Below are positions 24,863-37,035 of a DNA stretch of 64,000 nt, piece by piece (positions within the stretch are counted from its first letter, which is position 1; each line of letters begins with the position of its first letter). Source of the stretch: Patellaria atrata CBS 101060 (taxonomy: Eukaryota). The notes under the pieces were generated by a model. That model was given only the letters and a program-made list of their open reading frames with translations. It searched no databases and had not been told where the DNA came from. Both the position numbers and the translations under genes were made by a program. Where the stretch lies: NCBI GenBank assembly GCA_010093705.1, contig MU006089.1, positions 756,011 through 820,010 of the forward strand, in the 5' to 3' direction.

Positions 24863-26637
24863 ATGAGCGAGCTTCGTGAGCGGTTAGAGTACTTAGGTCT
24901 CTCGCAATATTTTGACGCTTTCGTGGCAGAGGGGTTCGACAGCTGGGAAACTGTACTTGATATAACTGAGCCGGACCTGTAAGCTTCTTTCGTCTCCCAA
25001 TTTGCTTTGTCTGCACATAGTTCTTTCCTCGTTTAGCTTATCAGGCCAAATCGTTGAAGTGTTCTAATCTAGCTTTCTAGGGCTTCACTTGAGGTCAAAC
25101 TGGGACACCGTAGAGTAAGTTTTATATCTCATTCGCGCTAATTTATTTCAAAAAGTAAGACTAACACTCGAATAATCAGAAATTGCAACGTGCCATCCGA
25201 GAGAGCCGATCAACGTCAATTGACAGCTCATTACCTCCGACATTTTCTCGTGGTCTGAGCGGGGACGGCTCTTATCGAAGTGACGAGTCGGGCCCCGAAA
25301 CTAGGCAAAAGCGAACTGACCCTTTCGGAGCAGTTGCCAGCGGGTCAAGTACGAAACGGAGGTACAGAAGGCATCCCAAAGTGAGTTTTGAGAATCTTCC
25401 ATAGGTTGTTCTCTCTTTTGCAAAAGCCTCAATTTATCCCGGATCTAATAATAACTTTAGCCCGACGAGCACGCCCCTGAACGGCCAGCTTCTGCCTATG
25501 TGATATTCTCAAACCGTTAGTTTCTTCGCTTATGACGTTAGAAATATATTAAGACTTTTCTAGAAACCCGTGAAGAACTGAAAGGACAGGAATTATCATT
25601 TGCTGATATCGCCAAAGTCGTCGGGGAACGTTGGCAGGTCCTACCATCGGATGTTAGGGAAGTGTTTGAGAGTCAAGCAGCAGTAGCAAAAGAAAAGTAT
25701 TATCTTGAACTCGCCGAATATAAGAAAACATCACAGTATGCTCAATATCAAACATATCTGCAGGAATTCCGGGCGAAACATGCATCGAATACTTCTGGTG
25801 AGTCTGACCTCCTTGAATACATACGCAAATTGCTGACATCTAATAGACAAAAGATCTAAACTAGAGACTGAAACTAGCATTTCTACTCAAGGTAGCATGA
25901 ATGAGTTCTCCGGTAGGCCATCGAGTCGGTTGACATTTGTGGGCGGCTCAAGTGAACTTCCTGGTTTACAGGGAAGACAACAGGATTCAGCTCCTGAGGC
26001 TGGTCCATATCACTACCCTACGGCGCTCTCGGGCCAGTCTATCCCATCAGCTTCTACTAGCACTCGACAGCTACCTATGGTGAACTCGCCACAGGTACGA
26101 GAACCAGATCACTATTCGCCAATGTCCGTATCTCCATCATCATCTAATCACTATAAAGATCATGGAGATATGTCTCCTACGTTCTCAACTGGGGTTGACT
26201 CTCGGGACCGCCGGCACGAATCCATTCACTCTCAAATATTTTCGACACGTGGAGTATCAGGGACTCCTAATCCGCCCGGTTCCGGTACTATGAGTCCGTT
26301 CCTAAATGCACATGAACGGCCCCCTAGGTCAGAGCTTCCTCGATCACCACCTCAACTCGTGCGAGAGGGCACAACACTGTCTTCGGATGGGTCGTCGTAC
26401 GGCGGATTGATGCAACACGGACATCTTCTCCCTCTTCTGGACGCCCCTAAGGCACAAAGATTCCTCCCACCACTACAGAGTCTACCTCCCCCACCTCCAG
26501 ACCAGAGGCCGCCACCCCAACAATCTGATATTCGGCATGGGTCGCCTCTGGATGCGCTCCTGAGGGCGGGGCAATTGGCTCGTGATGCCGATGCTGTCGT
26601 AACTGGTCAAGAGAAGAAGGATCATGTGAAGCGATGA
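24863..26637 (+). CDS. SAM-domain + HMG-box protein (putative transcription factor); multi-exon
   Basis: SAM: LEYLGLSQYFDAFVAEGFDSWETVLDITEPDL|..LEVKLGHRR|KLQRAI. HMG: KRRYRRHPK|PDEHAPERPASAYVIFSN|..REELKGQELSFADIAKVVGERWQ...EKEKYYLELAEYKKT. 5 introns. Confidence 0.9.
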
Positions 26638-27386
26638 GAACCTGCAAATAGTACTTCTACATACAAAATGAGAATGGAACCAATCTCGCGCCACTGCGTG
26701 AATTGTCTCTGATAACAAGTACTCAGGTTTTGACGACGTCTTGTCGAATCAACACCAGCGCTGAACTACGGAGGTATATTATTCATGGTTTGCAAAAAGT
26801 CATTTTCGCAACTAATCGTTAGAAAAGCGCTGAAGACCTCACCGCAGACTCGTAGGTGGTATGGCTGGGTATAAAGTCCTTCGCTGGCATATTGATCTCA
26901 GCTATCTAGACCTTTAGCACAAATGCAATTGAGCTTTGAATCGAATTGATCTATATTAGTTCCGCGCGGAGCTCTCGATTCTATCTGTTCATGTGTTGCC
27001 CTTTACAAGGCAAAAGCAAAGATGAACGCCAGTAGAAAGCGTAAACGCCGCACTCCCGAAGTGGGTGTTCTTTACCGAAATCATGAAGCCATGCCTTGGC
27101 GTCAAGTTGCACATCAGCCTCACCATACTACCTGAGCGGAGGCTGTATCTCTTACTCTTTTCATGTATACTCTATGTACGATATCATGTATCATAATGAC
27201 TTCTGTTTGAACCTGAATAAAGAGCATCTTATTTTACAGTAAAACTAGTTCCAGACTACTTAGCGTTGCTGTCGTCTTGAAGCTAACAGCACGAGTATCT
27301 TTTCAGCTCAACACCAGTTCAGTCCCCACGTCCACCCTGTGCCATGGTAATATCTTACGAGAAGGGATCTTGACTCTTTGGAAGCC

Positions 27387-30300
27387 ATGCAAGGCTACGG
27401 GAACCCGGACCAACCTGGGTACCAGCGTCCCATGAGTTTGTATGGATCTCAGCCGTCTCCGTCCTATGGAGGTAAGCTCGATACCCCGAGAGTTTTCCTC
27501 TCAGTTAACTAAAAGAATGAGTATAGCGAATACATACCAACAAAATCAAGCAACCCATCCTCCTTCAACATCGACTCCCGTATATCAACAGCAGTGGGAA
27601 GCAACTCCACCTAGCCAAACACCTACAGCATGGAACCGGCAACAACAGCAGCAGCAGCAACAGCAGCAATCGCAACCGCACCAATCGCAATCACAACAAT
27701 ACCAAAACAGCATCTCCAGTGGATATAATCCAAATGTGTATGGTCCGATAACTGGGTCCCAGCCACTAGCAAATCCAGGACCTCCTCTGCCAGTACGCGG
27801 GCTAAGCCTTCACTTTTGACTTAGATACGGATATATAGGCTGACGAATATCAATAGCCACGCGCGAGTAGTGCGACACAAGCAATCACCACGTCCTATTA
27901 TCAGAATCTACCGCAACAGCAGGGCGTCATCAACCATGATACCCCTCCCCCTCCCCCACCAGTTCCTTCGGCTTATCAAGCACAACAACAGACTTGGGGT
28001 CAGACGCAAAATATTTCGAACCACTCTACACAGCAGTCGCAAGACATGAATAATCAACTAGGACATCAGGCCAATTACCTTGTCCAGGCACCACAAACAT
28101 ATCCTGTTACTGCACTCGGAAGCTCTCAAACCTCGCAAGCTCCTGGCGGATCGTATTTTCCGTCTCCTCCTTGTCAAAATACATATGGAATGCCCCTTTC
28201 GGGAGCTTCGACAGATATCTCCTCTCCTGTAAGTCCACCAGAGACTACAAGTGCTTTTGATCCAGGGGAGTCCCACCCTGCGTATATCCCGCCATCTTTG
28301 TCTGGGCAGGGTGTAGCTGCATATTTGCCTAGCAACACTAATCCTCTTCCCGGGGTGTACGTACCTCCTCCGCCGGACATTCCAGCCTGGACGCAAGTCC
28401 AGCACGCACCATTAGCTGGACAGCAAAAAAAATTCAAATATACCAGACCCGTTATCCATTCCGTACCCCCTAGTAATCCATATCTTCCCATGAATCAAAA
28501 TGCCCAGGTTCTACAACAAAATTCTGCTCAATTCCAACCCGGAATCTCATATAATCAGCGTCCGTCCATTGAACAATATTCGCAACAGCCTAACCAGGTC
28601 ACAACTCCAAACCCTTTGCATTCTGCACCTCAGCAACCCCAAACTCCTCAATATCACCAAATCCCTCAGCAATATCAGCCCCCTCAGCAACATCAAATCT
28701 CTCACCAACTTCAAACCTCTCAACGACATCAAATCCCTCAGCACTACCAACAAACCCAGCAATATCTACAACCCCAGCAACATCAACCGCTCCAGCATGT
28801 CCCGCTTAAGCAACCGGGGGGAGTTCTTTCGAACAACCACACGTCTGCACAACAATGGATGGCGCAGACCGTCAACTCACAGTCAAGTCAACCAGAACCT
28901 TATATGCAACAAGGGGATCCGTCATACCGCCCATCTCACTTTTCTCCTGGACCTAAACCTGAAAGTTCCTGGCAAAACGAGAGTTCTCCGTCTGGGGTTC
29001 AGCAGCACTTCCAGAACACTGACGATCAAACGAGCCAGCAGACCACTGCTCCTGTTTCAGGGGCGATTCAAACATCGAACTGTCATCAGCGTTCCTCTGA
29101 CCGTACTGAGCAATCTAGGCCTGAGAGTCAAACATCGCAGTCTTTTCATGACACGCCCGTTTCACCTATTTCCCGTCGGCAGACCATGAACTTCAATCAA
29201 AACGATCCTCAAGGAATAGCAAGTACCTCCGCAAATTGGGGCGGGATTGCGCAGTCAGCAAGGCTACAAGGTAGCCCGCAGGTTAGAACTAGCACTCCTC
29301 TTTCCAAGAAGACTGCTCTGGACTCAGATAACAGTGCGGAGGTTGCTAGTGCCTCCGCCCTTGGTTTTGGCGGCCCTTCGGACTGGGAACATTTTGGACC
29401 CATCAATGATGAAGAGGACACTGCTCCTCCGTCTCCACAATATCTTGACAGCGTGGAACTACCATCACACCCATCGCCAAAACTCGATCAGGAGGCTATC
29501 CCGGCTTTAAACGCTCCTGATGATGAATGGGCCACCCCCCCTCCTCCGAAACCCCTTAACATTAATAGGCCACCTTCAGGCTTCCAACAGCGTGCTCCAA
29601 ATGATCATGGATATGCTCCTACACCTCCACCTCCGACCATGGAACAAGATACACACATGGCGCGCTTTGACATACACGAAGCTCCCACCTACACGTCTCC
29701 AGTCGAGACGAAGACTGAGAGTGAAGAGACTTGGCATTCAGGTGTGACAGTCGAGAACCTGGTTCACACTAATGAAACACCTAAAGAGATCCCTGAAGCC
29801 GTCAATGAAAAACAATATGATGTCAATAATTTCACGATAGATACTGAGACCAACGATATCAATCATGCTTTCGTTAACGCACAACATCCTCTTATTGTGA
29901 AACCTCTGGAGACAACACCCCCGCGAGAGCAAATTGCGTCTTCTGTTCAACCCGCTCAATTCCATCCTCCACAACCTCGTGATATTATTCCAGATCTTGA
30001 CCCTTGGTACGTTGGGTCGTTAAATCGCTACGTTGCTATGTTGCGCAGTGAGGCGCTGGCAGTGACCGTTGAAGAAAAAAGAAAGATCTTTACAGATTTC
30101 GTAAATGCAGAATCTCGGGTTCGTGGAATTGACTACGATGCCCAGCCTTCAAATGCAACCTCTACGGTAGAGAGAATAGAACGTCACGTTTCTCCGGCAA
30201 ACAATCAACATGAGAAAGCAGACCCAATTCTTACAGCGGCACGACCTGTTTCGCATCCTGTAAATCCCGATGCTATAGATGCGACTGCAGTTGAACGGTA

Positions 30301-32179
30301 CAGCCCAGGGGGAAGGCCCATAATATCCCATCTCCTACAGTGCATTGAACATGATGTACAGCAACTGGATGTTGCAAATCACTCCGCAAATGAAGCAGCT
30401 ATAGTACATTCGAACGATAATGATCAACCAGAGTCAGCTAAGGATAACCAAAAAATAACACATGACGACAACATTGACTACGCATACCGGAACGGGGCGG
30501 ACCGTCCAGTACAGAAGGCTCACGCCAGTAACCCTATCACTCCTACCGGCGAGACGTTCACAGGTCCCCTATACAAGCCGTACAATCACAGTGCTGTTAG
30601 TAGTAATAGTAATGATCCAGCTATCCTTACGCCGACCAGCACTGCAGAAGATTATTGCGAGAAAAGTAATCAGCAGCGAGCTCAGGTCCCTGAAAGGCCG
30701 TTATACCAACCCTATGTTCCAGGTGGTTCGGGATCTTCTTCATATACACCTACGGACCGCTTCCACTCGAAATCGTATCCATATTCGTCAAACACACCAA
30801 GGCACGAACACGGTGAGATCTTCTTAGAGCAGATAGAAGTACCCAAACCTACGAAATCTGAAGACGTTACTTCACCAACCGAAGGATCTGAAACGAGAAA
30901 TACGCCCACACCACCTGCTACTCATAGGAAAACCTCACTCCAAGAACTTACGGCCCTTCTATCACAGATAGAGGTAAATAACACGTCTGAATATGAGCCA
31001 CTGAAAGGAATCCAAGAGGTCTCCACCCAGTTCACCTCAGATTTTAGCTACATCGAAACTCTCTTCCGTGATTGGGATAGGTCAGCTGGTACATTGCGAT
31101 CTCATCTCGAGCACGAGCGCAGATTGCGCCAACAAAAATCGGAGGAACAAAACGACGCTTTGTTTAATGGCAACGAAATCGGATATGGCGATATTGCTGC
31201 TCTTGAAGAGGAGTTCAAAGCTGCAGAACAGAAGAAAAAGGCTCAAGAGGGCAGGGATGAATATCAGACTTATGTGGAGGATGTCTTCTCCTCAATATAC
31301 GATAGATTGCAGACAGAGATCCGTCAACTAATGGAATTATTCGTGGAGACTAAGGGTCTGTTACGACAAGGTGTGGCAGGAAAAGTCGCTTTGGATGAGA
31401 CCACTGCACATGAGCGACCCAACATTACTAGGGCCATGGAAGTGCTGTTGACGATCAATGCCAAGGTTGAAGACAGACATGAGAAAGTATTCCAGACCGT
31501 TGTCGAACGTGATAGAAGATATAAACGTACGGAAGTCCAGCCGTTGTACATGGCTGGCGATATCAAGAAGATGAAAAGCGTAGAGAGACAGTTCGAGGAT
31601 GCCGAGAAGATGGCCGTCGTCAACGCGGCCATGGAAAGAGACGGCCGCGCACAATCGTTGATGGACATCATAGATGAGTCAACAGTCAGAGGTGTGGGTG
31701 AAAATCAAGAGTTCATCGACCAGATCATGACCGCTCTTAGAGACTTGCATGACGCTCATCCTGACGAAGAAGGGAAAGATAAAGAAGAGAAATTGGCTAT
31801 TCTTACAAAAGCAAGGAATGTCCTCGAGGTGCTTGCAAAAAGCTCGGAAATCATGATTAGAAATTTCCACACGGTTGAGGCGGAATTGAATGGAGCTGAC
31901 TACGAAGTCCAGGTCGCAAAAGCGAGAGCAGAGGGAGCAGAGCAACCAACTTTTAAAGCTCTCGCGGAAGAGAAAGGAAAGGAAGATATGAAACTGAAAG
32001 CTGAACTAGAGAGGAGAATCGAAGTGGTCAATCAAGACCTAAGAGAGGCTGAACAGCTGATTGAACGGTTAAGACTTGCCCACGGTAAGGACAGCAGTAA
32101 GAATCCCGAAGAAGCGGAGAAGGAGAGGAGGATGAAGGCAGCTCTAGAAGAGGCAAAGAGGAGGAATGGGGAGGTGTGA
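27387..32179 (+). CDS. Large Q/P/S-rich, probably disordered protein with C-terminal helical/coiled-coil domain; function unknown
   Basis: Exon 1 from ATG 27387 to donor GTAAGC; exon 2 (poly-Q); exon 3 from 27857 in frame with the 1377-aa ORF. Confidence 0.85.
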
Positions 32180-32369
32180 GTCGTAACATATGACAGGCTG
32201 AAGTCATGGATCTAGTATAATATTAGTCATATATGAGCTTTGACACGTAAATTTTCTCAATCTAATCCTAATCTTATGTTCTATCTGATCCAGACTGGAT
32301 CCAGACTGTTGCTCTTGAAATTTGTGTACCTCCATACGGAGTGCAGAAGCAAAAATTTCTTAAGAACGG

Positions 32370-32950
32370 CAAGAATTTTTTGGTCTTTTGCTTACTCGTT
32401 AGTAGAGAAGCAATTAATACGACTATTCAAGATCTGCACGAAAGATGTCAGATCCATGTGCGATATGACTTTTTGGAAATAAAATTCACTGAGACTCCCG
32501 AGAGACGTGACTGCGTCGATGCACGGGCCATCTGAAATTTTGGCATAAATGCAAGGAATTTTTTGCTTTATTGCGTAATAGCTCGTAAGGAAGTAATTAC
32601 GAATATCCTCTATGATCTAGATAAAGAATCTTGAAGATTGATGTGCAATATGAATTTTTTTACATGAAGTTCAGTTTTCTCTTAACGAGATGAGATGGAA
32701 AACAGTAGAGATGTGTTTCATGTGAAGTCGCGTCCACGCACGGGCCATATCCATGTTCTTACTCGTAGCACAAGGTCTTTACGTAGAACAAAGATTTTCT
32801 CTGGTTTCTCGCTTAATAATTATAAAAGGAGTAATTCATGCGGTTCTCCGAGTTCTTGATCAGAAATCTCGAAGATTCATGTGCGATATCGACTTTTGGA
32901 TGAGAAGTCCACTTTCACTTCACGTGCACCAAAGTCGCGTCGAGGGCTCC
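32370..32950. repeat. Three tandem degenerate ~200-bp repeat units upstream of ATP11
   Basis: Recurring blocks: agat(c/t)catgtgcgatat / gattgatgtgcaatat, gcacgggccat (twice), aagtcgcgtc (twice), aattttttg. Confidence 0.75.
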
Positions 32951-33074
32951 TGATCTTACACTTGGCGGTTTGAGCGGAGCGGATATCTTGGCGGTTTTTA
33001 GTTTCGTGAAATGACGCTTACTATTTGAACTATTTTATGAAGTACGCCGTATGTGACTTATTTCATTGGCAAAC

Positions 33075-34111
33075 ATGGCGCATCTCAGCAGATCAGTACT
33101 TCGAGAGCTAAGCACCTGTCGAGTTTCTACACCTTTAAGGGCTTCACAACGACGGTGGGCGCAAATTATCAACGATGTCCGCTTCCTGGCCACCTCCCAG
33201 GCGCAACAGCGAATTCTTGAAAAGTATCGCGATAAGCTGGACCGCAAAGCTAAAGAGTAAGCGTATATTGGCCTTGGGTGATTATATCTGAATTGTAAAT
33301 ACGAGAGGGCCCTCCGCTAACATACTATCTACACAGAGAGGGTCTAAAAGACATTGCGGAACTAAAGGAAGCGTACAAGCAGAAAATATCTGAATTACGC
33401 ACAAAGGCTACTATACCAAAGGCAACCGCACCTCTCAATCTTCAGCAAGATGTTACAGCTTCGCAAATACCCTTCGATCCACCGCCACCCCCTCAGTCAC
33501 CAACATCCACCGCCTCGAGTCCTTCCTCTCCATCGTCTCCGCCACCCGGTGTCAAAACATTAGATTCATTTCTCGACGTCCCTAAAGCCTTGAGACTCCC
33601 ACAAAAAGAAATAGAAGCAATATGGCGTCTCCGACATGCATCCTCACCAACCTCCCTCGTCGCATCAATACCTAACGCAACCTTCGACTCCCTAGCAGCC
33701 AACGGCCACGCCTTCCCTCAATTTATCCTCCCCCTCCCTCGCGAAGGACAGGGCTCGGAAATTCATTTCCTTCAGTGGACCTTTCCCACCGCTCACACCA
33801 CAACAATTCTCTTCACATATCTCGCGGAGTACAAACTGCGAGGGGAGTTCGCGAGCCCGCATACGACTGTGACGTTTCATTCAGATATCGCGAAGGAGAA
33901 GGGATTGGTGTTGGTACAAGGGGCAGTGGTTGAAGGGAGGGGTATCAGTGTGGAGGAGGGGAAGTGGCTTTTGATGGTTCTACAAAAGTTTTACGGTATG
34001 GACAGGGCAGCGGGGACAGAAAGGAGGAGGAAGCTATTAGAGGCGTTTAGTAAGGGGGATAGTGGGTTTAGTTTGGAAAAGCTTATTGAGGAAGCGGAGA
34101 AGGTGGATTAG
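33075..34111 (+). CDS. ATP11: Mitochondrial F1-ATPase assembly factor
   Basis: Presequence; LEKYRDKLDRKAKE|EG; GVKTLDSFLD; EIEAIWRLRH; PQFILPLPR..EIHFLQW; LAEYKLRGEFASPHTT; one intron. Confidence 0.93.
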
Positions 34112-34277
34112 AGTTAGAAGACTACCAATAGTCTCTGCATATAAAACGTTGTCTGTGTCGATACGAAGTTTTCGCGGCAGGCTTGGAACGCTTGTGTATT
34201 TATAGCTATACAACCCCTTTGCTTCCATATGATGCGAATTACAGTACTATACACTTATCCACCATGCCATCCTCTCC

Positions 34278-34988
34278 CTATGGTTTCGCATTCTTCCTCT
34301 CCTCACTCCTCCTCTTCGCCCTAACCTCCGCCTTCCTCCTCTCACCTCCATCAACCTTATGTCCCCGCTTCTGCTCCCAGATCCCCTCCGCAACCACAAT
34401 CTGCGCTCCGAGTCCTTTCGTCCCCTTAATCGGCTTCACATGCGGCCCACAGATCGTCCGCAGTCCCTTCAAAGTAACCCCTTTCACCGACCTCAACTCT
34501 TCGAACGGCTTATTCGGCGCCTCCTCCCCCGGAGCCACATTCACAACCAACCTCTTCGTGAACGGGGTCTGCGAAGCCGTCGCAAGCCTTAAACCCGCCG
34601 GCGCCTTCGCCTTCGGCACAGGCACCTCCACCACCCTTAACTCCCCCACTCCGTCCTTAACTTCGGTCAAATCGCCACCTATGCCGTAGAGCCCGTTGCG
34701 GAAGCGCTCGCGCATGTGTAGCAGGTACCGTCGCGATCGTGCGGGCTCGACCCCTAGCTCGCGCAGTTGCGGGGAGGTGAGGCTGAAGAGGGCTTCCCAG
34801 GAGGGAATTTTGGCAGAGTGTTGCGAGAGCTTGCGGCCGATGACTGTGAGGAAGGTCGGGGCGTCGGGAATGAAGGGGATAGGAGAGGGGATTGGGGGCG
34901 CGGCGATGGGTTTGTGGAGATGCCGGATGCATTGTTTGTGGATGGTGGGTTTTGATGCGCCCTGGAGGATGTAGGGTCTTAGTATCAT
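34278..34988 (-). CDS. FYV4: Mitochondrial small ribosomal subunit protein mS41 (IGR motif)
   Basis: TFLTVIGRKL...WEALFSLTSPQLRELGVEPARSRRYLL...FRNG; C-terminal GHKVDGGERRKAEVR. Confidence 0.9.
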   Translation of the reverse strand: MILRPYILQGASKPTIHKQCIRHLHKPIAAPPIPSPIPFIPDAPTFLTVIGRKLSQHSAKIPSWEALFSLTSPQLRELGVEPARSRRYLLHMRERFRNGLYGIGGDLTEVKDGVGELRVVEVPVPKAKAPAGLRLATASQTPFTKRLVVNVAPGEEAPNKPFEELRSVKGVTLKGLRTICGPHVKPIKGTKGLGAQIVVAEGIWEQKRGHKVDGGERRKAEVRAKRRSEERKNAKP

Positions 34989-35388
34989 TGTGGTTGTGAG
35001 ATTTTTTGGCTAATTGGCGTGGGTGAGGTAAGTAGAGTGGACCAATGTAGCGGTAATCGTGGAGGTTAATGGGTGTGGTTGAATATTTGGTTCACTTTTT
35101 GCTTGGGTGGCGCGCCAAGGATTCCCGCCTTCCACTCCGCGCCGCATATTGGTCTTTGGCTTCACAAGACGGTACGGTTGAGAGATCTACTCGTCACGCT
35201 TTCGGAGCACAACGGCTTATTCACTGTAAATGACTCCGTGAAAGTGCTGTAAGCGGAGATATAAGCCATGCAGCTAGCTTTCCGGTTCAAAGGACCTTTT
35301 ACGAACAATCCATTGCCATCTTGACCTCCACACCAAAAGGATCTCTAAGACTCACTCGACTCCTGGTTCCGTAACACAATCTACGACT

Positions 35389-36627
35389 ATGGCAGTCTCG
35401 CCATTACCACTTTACAATGCCTCTCCCCGTTCGAATAAAACCAAACCCCTGACCCACCGACCTAACCCCAAAGGCTCCTCCGCGGATGCAGCCTCCACGC
35501 CCAACCCCAAGTCCAAGGCTTCCATTGATGGTGTCTTAGACCTCGCAGAACGTCTTAATGCGGAGACCAAATCTCAATACATCAAAGGAAAATGGTTAGG
35601 AAAAGGCACCTACGCGAACGTCTACGAAGCGCACCTCAAATCCAACCCCTCCCAACTCTTCGCCATCAAAAAGATGATCGTAGGCGCCGAAGCCAAAGAC
35701 GGCCTCTCCATGGACTCGATACGCGAAGTGAAGTACCTCCAAGAACTATCCCACCCCAACATAATCAAACTTCACGCCGTCTTCTCCTCTAAAAACCAAA
35801 ACCTGAATCTAGTCCTCGAGCACCTGCCCCGCGGGAGTCTAGAGCAGCTCATCAGCGAAGGCGACATCCAATACGGCTCCGCGGACATCAAAGCGTGGAT
35901 GGGCATGCTCGCCCGCGGCCTTCACCACTGCCACTCGAACTTCATCCTGCACCGGGACATCAAGCCGGGCAACGTCCTCGTCGCCGCAGACGGGGAGCTC
36001 AAACTCGCCGATTTCGGTCTCGCGCGTTCCTTTGCCGATCCCTGGACCCGCATGACCTACCTCGTCATCACGCGCTGGTACCGGCCCCCCGAGCTGCTGT
36101 TCCAGGCCCGCCATTACGGCAGCACGGCCGACGTGTGGAGCGTCGGTGTCATATTCGCGGAGCTGGTCATCAGGAAGGCGTGGATGCCCGGCGGGTCGGA
36201 TCTCGAACAGCTACATCTCATTGCTAATGTCGTCGGTTTGCCTACTGAGGACGTCTGGCCTGGTGTTTCCAAGCTCGATGGATATATCAAGTTGACTAAG
36301 GACCCCGCGGCACCACAAACCCCGGTCCAACACCGCCAGCAGATGCAGAGGGAGTTCGCGCTCGTTGGTCCCGAGGGAGTGGATCTTTTGATGCAGATGA
36401 TGGCGTTGGATCCGAGGAAGAGGGCTACGGCGAAGAAGGTGCTCATGCATGAGTGGTGGAATATGGAACCGAAGCCGAGACGGAAGGAGGATCTACCGCG
36501 CAAGGTGGAGAAGTCGAAGGAAGGGATGGCAGACGCGTTAAAGAGAAAACCGGGGGAGTTGGAAGGGGGCACGGGGAGGGGAGATAAGGTTGCCAGGAAG
36601 ATTGATTTTGGGGCGTTCGGGAGATGA
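35389..36627 (+). CDS. KIN28: TFIIH/CAK kinase, CDK7 orthologue
   Basis: GKGTYANV; DGLSMDSIREVKYLQEL (Kin28-like cyclin-binding helix); HRDIKPGN; DFGLARSF..MTYLVITRWYRPPELL; intronless. Confidence 0.88.
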   Translation: MAVSPLPLYNASPRSNKTKPLTHRPNPKGSSADAASTPNPKSKASIDGVLDLAERLNAETKSQYIKGKWLGKGTYANVYEAHLKSNPSQLFAIKKMIVGAEAKDGLSMDSIREVKYLQELSHPNIIKLHAVFSSKNQNLNLVLEHLPRGSLEQLISEGDIQYGSADIKAWMGMLARGLHHCHSNFILHRDIKPGNVLVAADGELKLADFGLARSFADPWTRMTYLVITRWYRPPELLFQARHYGSTADVWSVGVIFAELVIRKAWMPGGSDLEQLHLIANVVGLPTEDVWPGVSKLDGYIKLTKDPAAPQTPVQHRQQMQREFALVGPEGVDLLMQMMALDPRKRATAKKVLMHEWWNMEPKPRRKEDLPRKVEKSKEGMADALKRKPGELEGGTGRGDKVARKIDFGAFGR

Positions 36628-37035
36628 GGGAATATGATCGTGTTTGGGACATCCCGGTTCGGGATCGGCCCGTAGCGATATACAGTCCCGATACGAGATT
36701 TACAGTGGGCGATATGACTATCATCTGAAATTATGTATGAATAGCATCAGGTCTACAATCGACTTAGGGTAGAACGAAGCATGAAGCACCACGTCATCTA
36801 TCCGTGAGCGGATACTGCAAAAAGGATAAAGTAATAAAGGTTAAATTTCAACAAACGAAAATGAAATCGTTAGAGTATTGTACAACACCACCCCCCTAGT
36901 GAATATCCCACTTTGATAGTAGACAAAATAACGTCGTGACTCATCACCCATTCCTAGCAGAGAAGAAATATCCGTACTCCGTAATGAAACTCCCTAATAA
37001 AATACTACCCTATACCTCTCCCCAACTTCTCTCAT

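Noticed and set aside
24863..26637. HMG gene as the MAT1-2-1 mating-type locus
   Set aside because: It has an N-terminal SAM domain and RPASAYVIF rather than the MAT-type RPPNAFILYR, and there are no APN2/SLA2 neighbours.
34183..34974. Plus-strand ORFs opposite FYV4, and similar antisense ORFs over SHR3, KIN28, VHC1 and the M20 peptidase
   Set aside because: Antisense shadows of GC-rich real genes.
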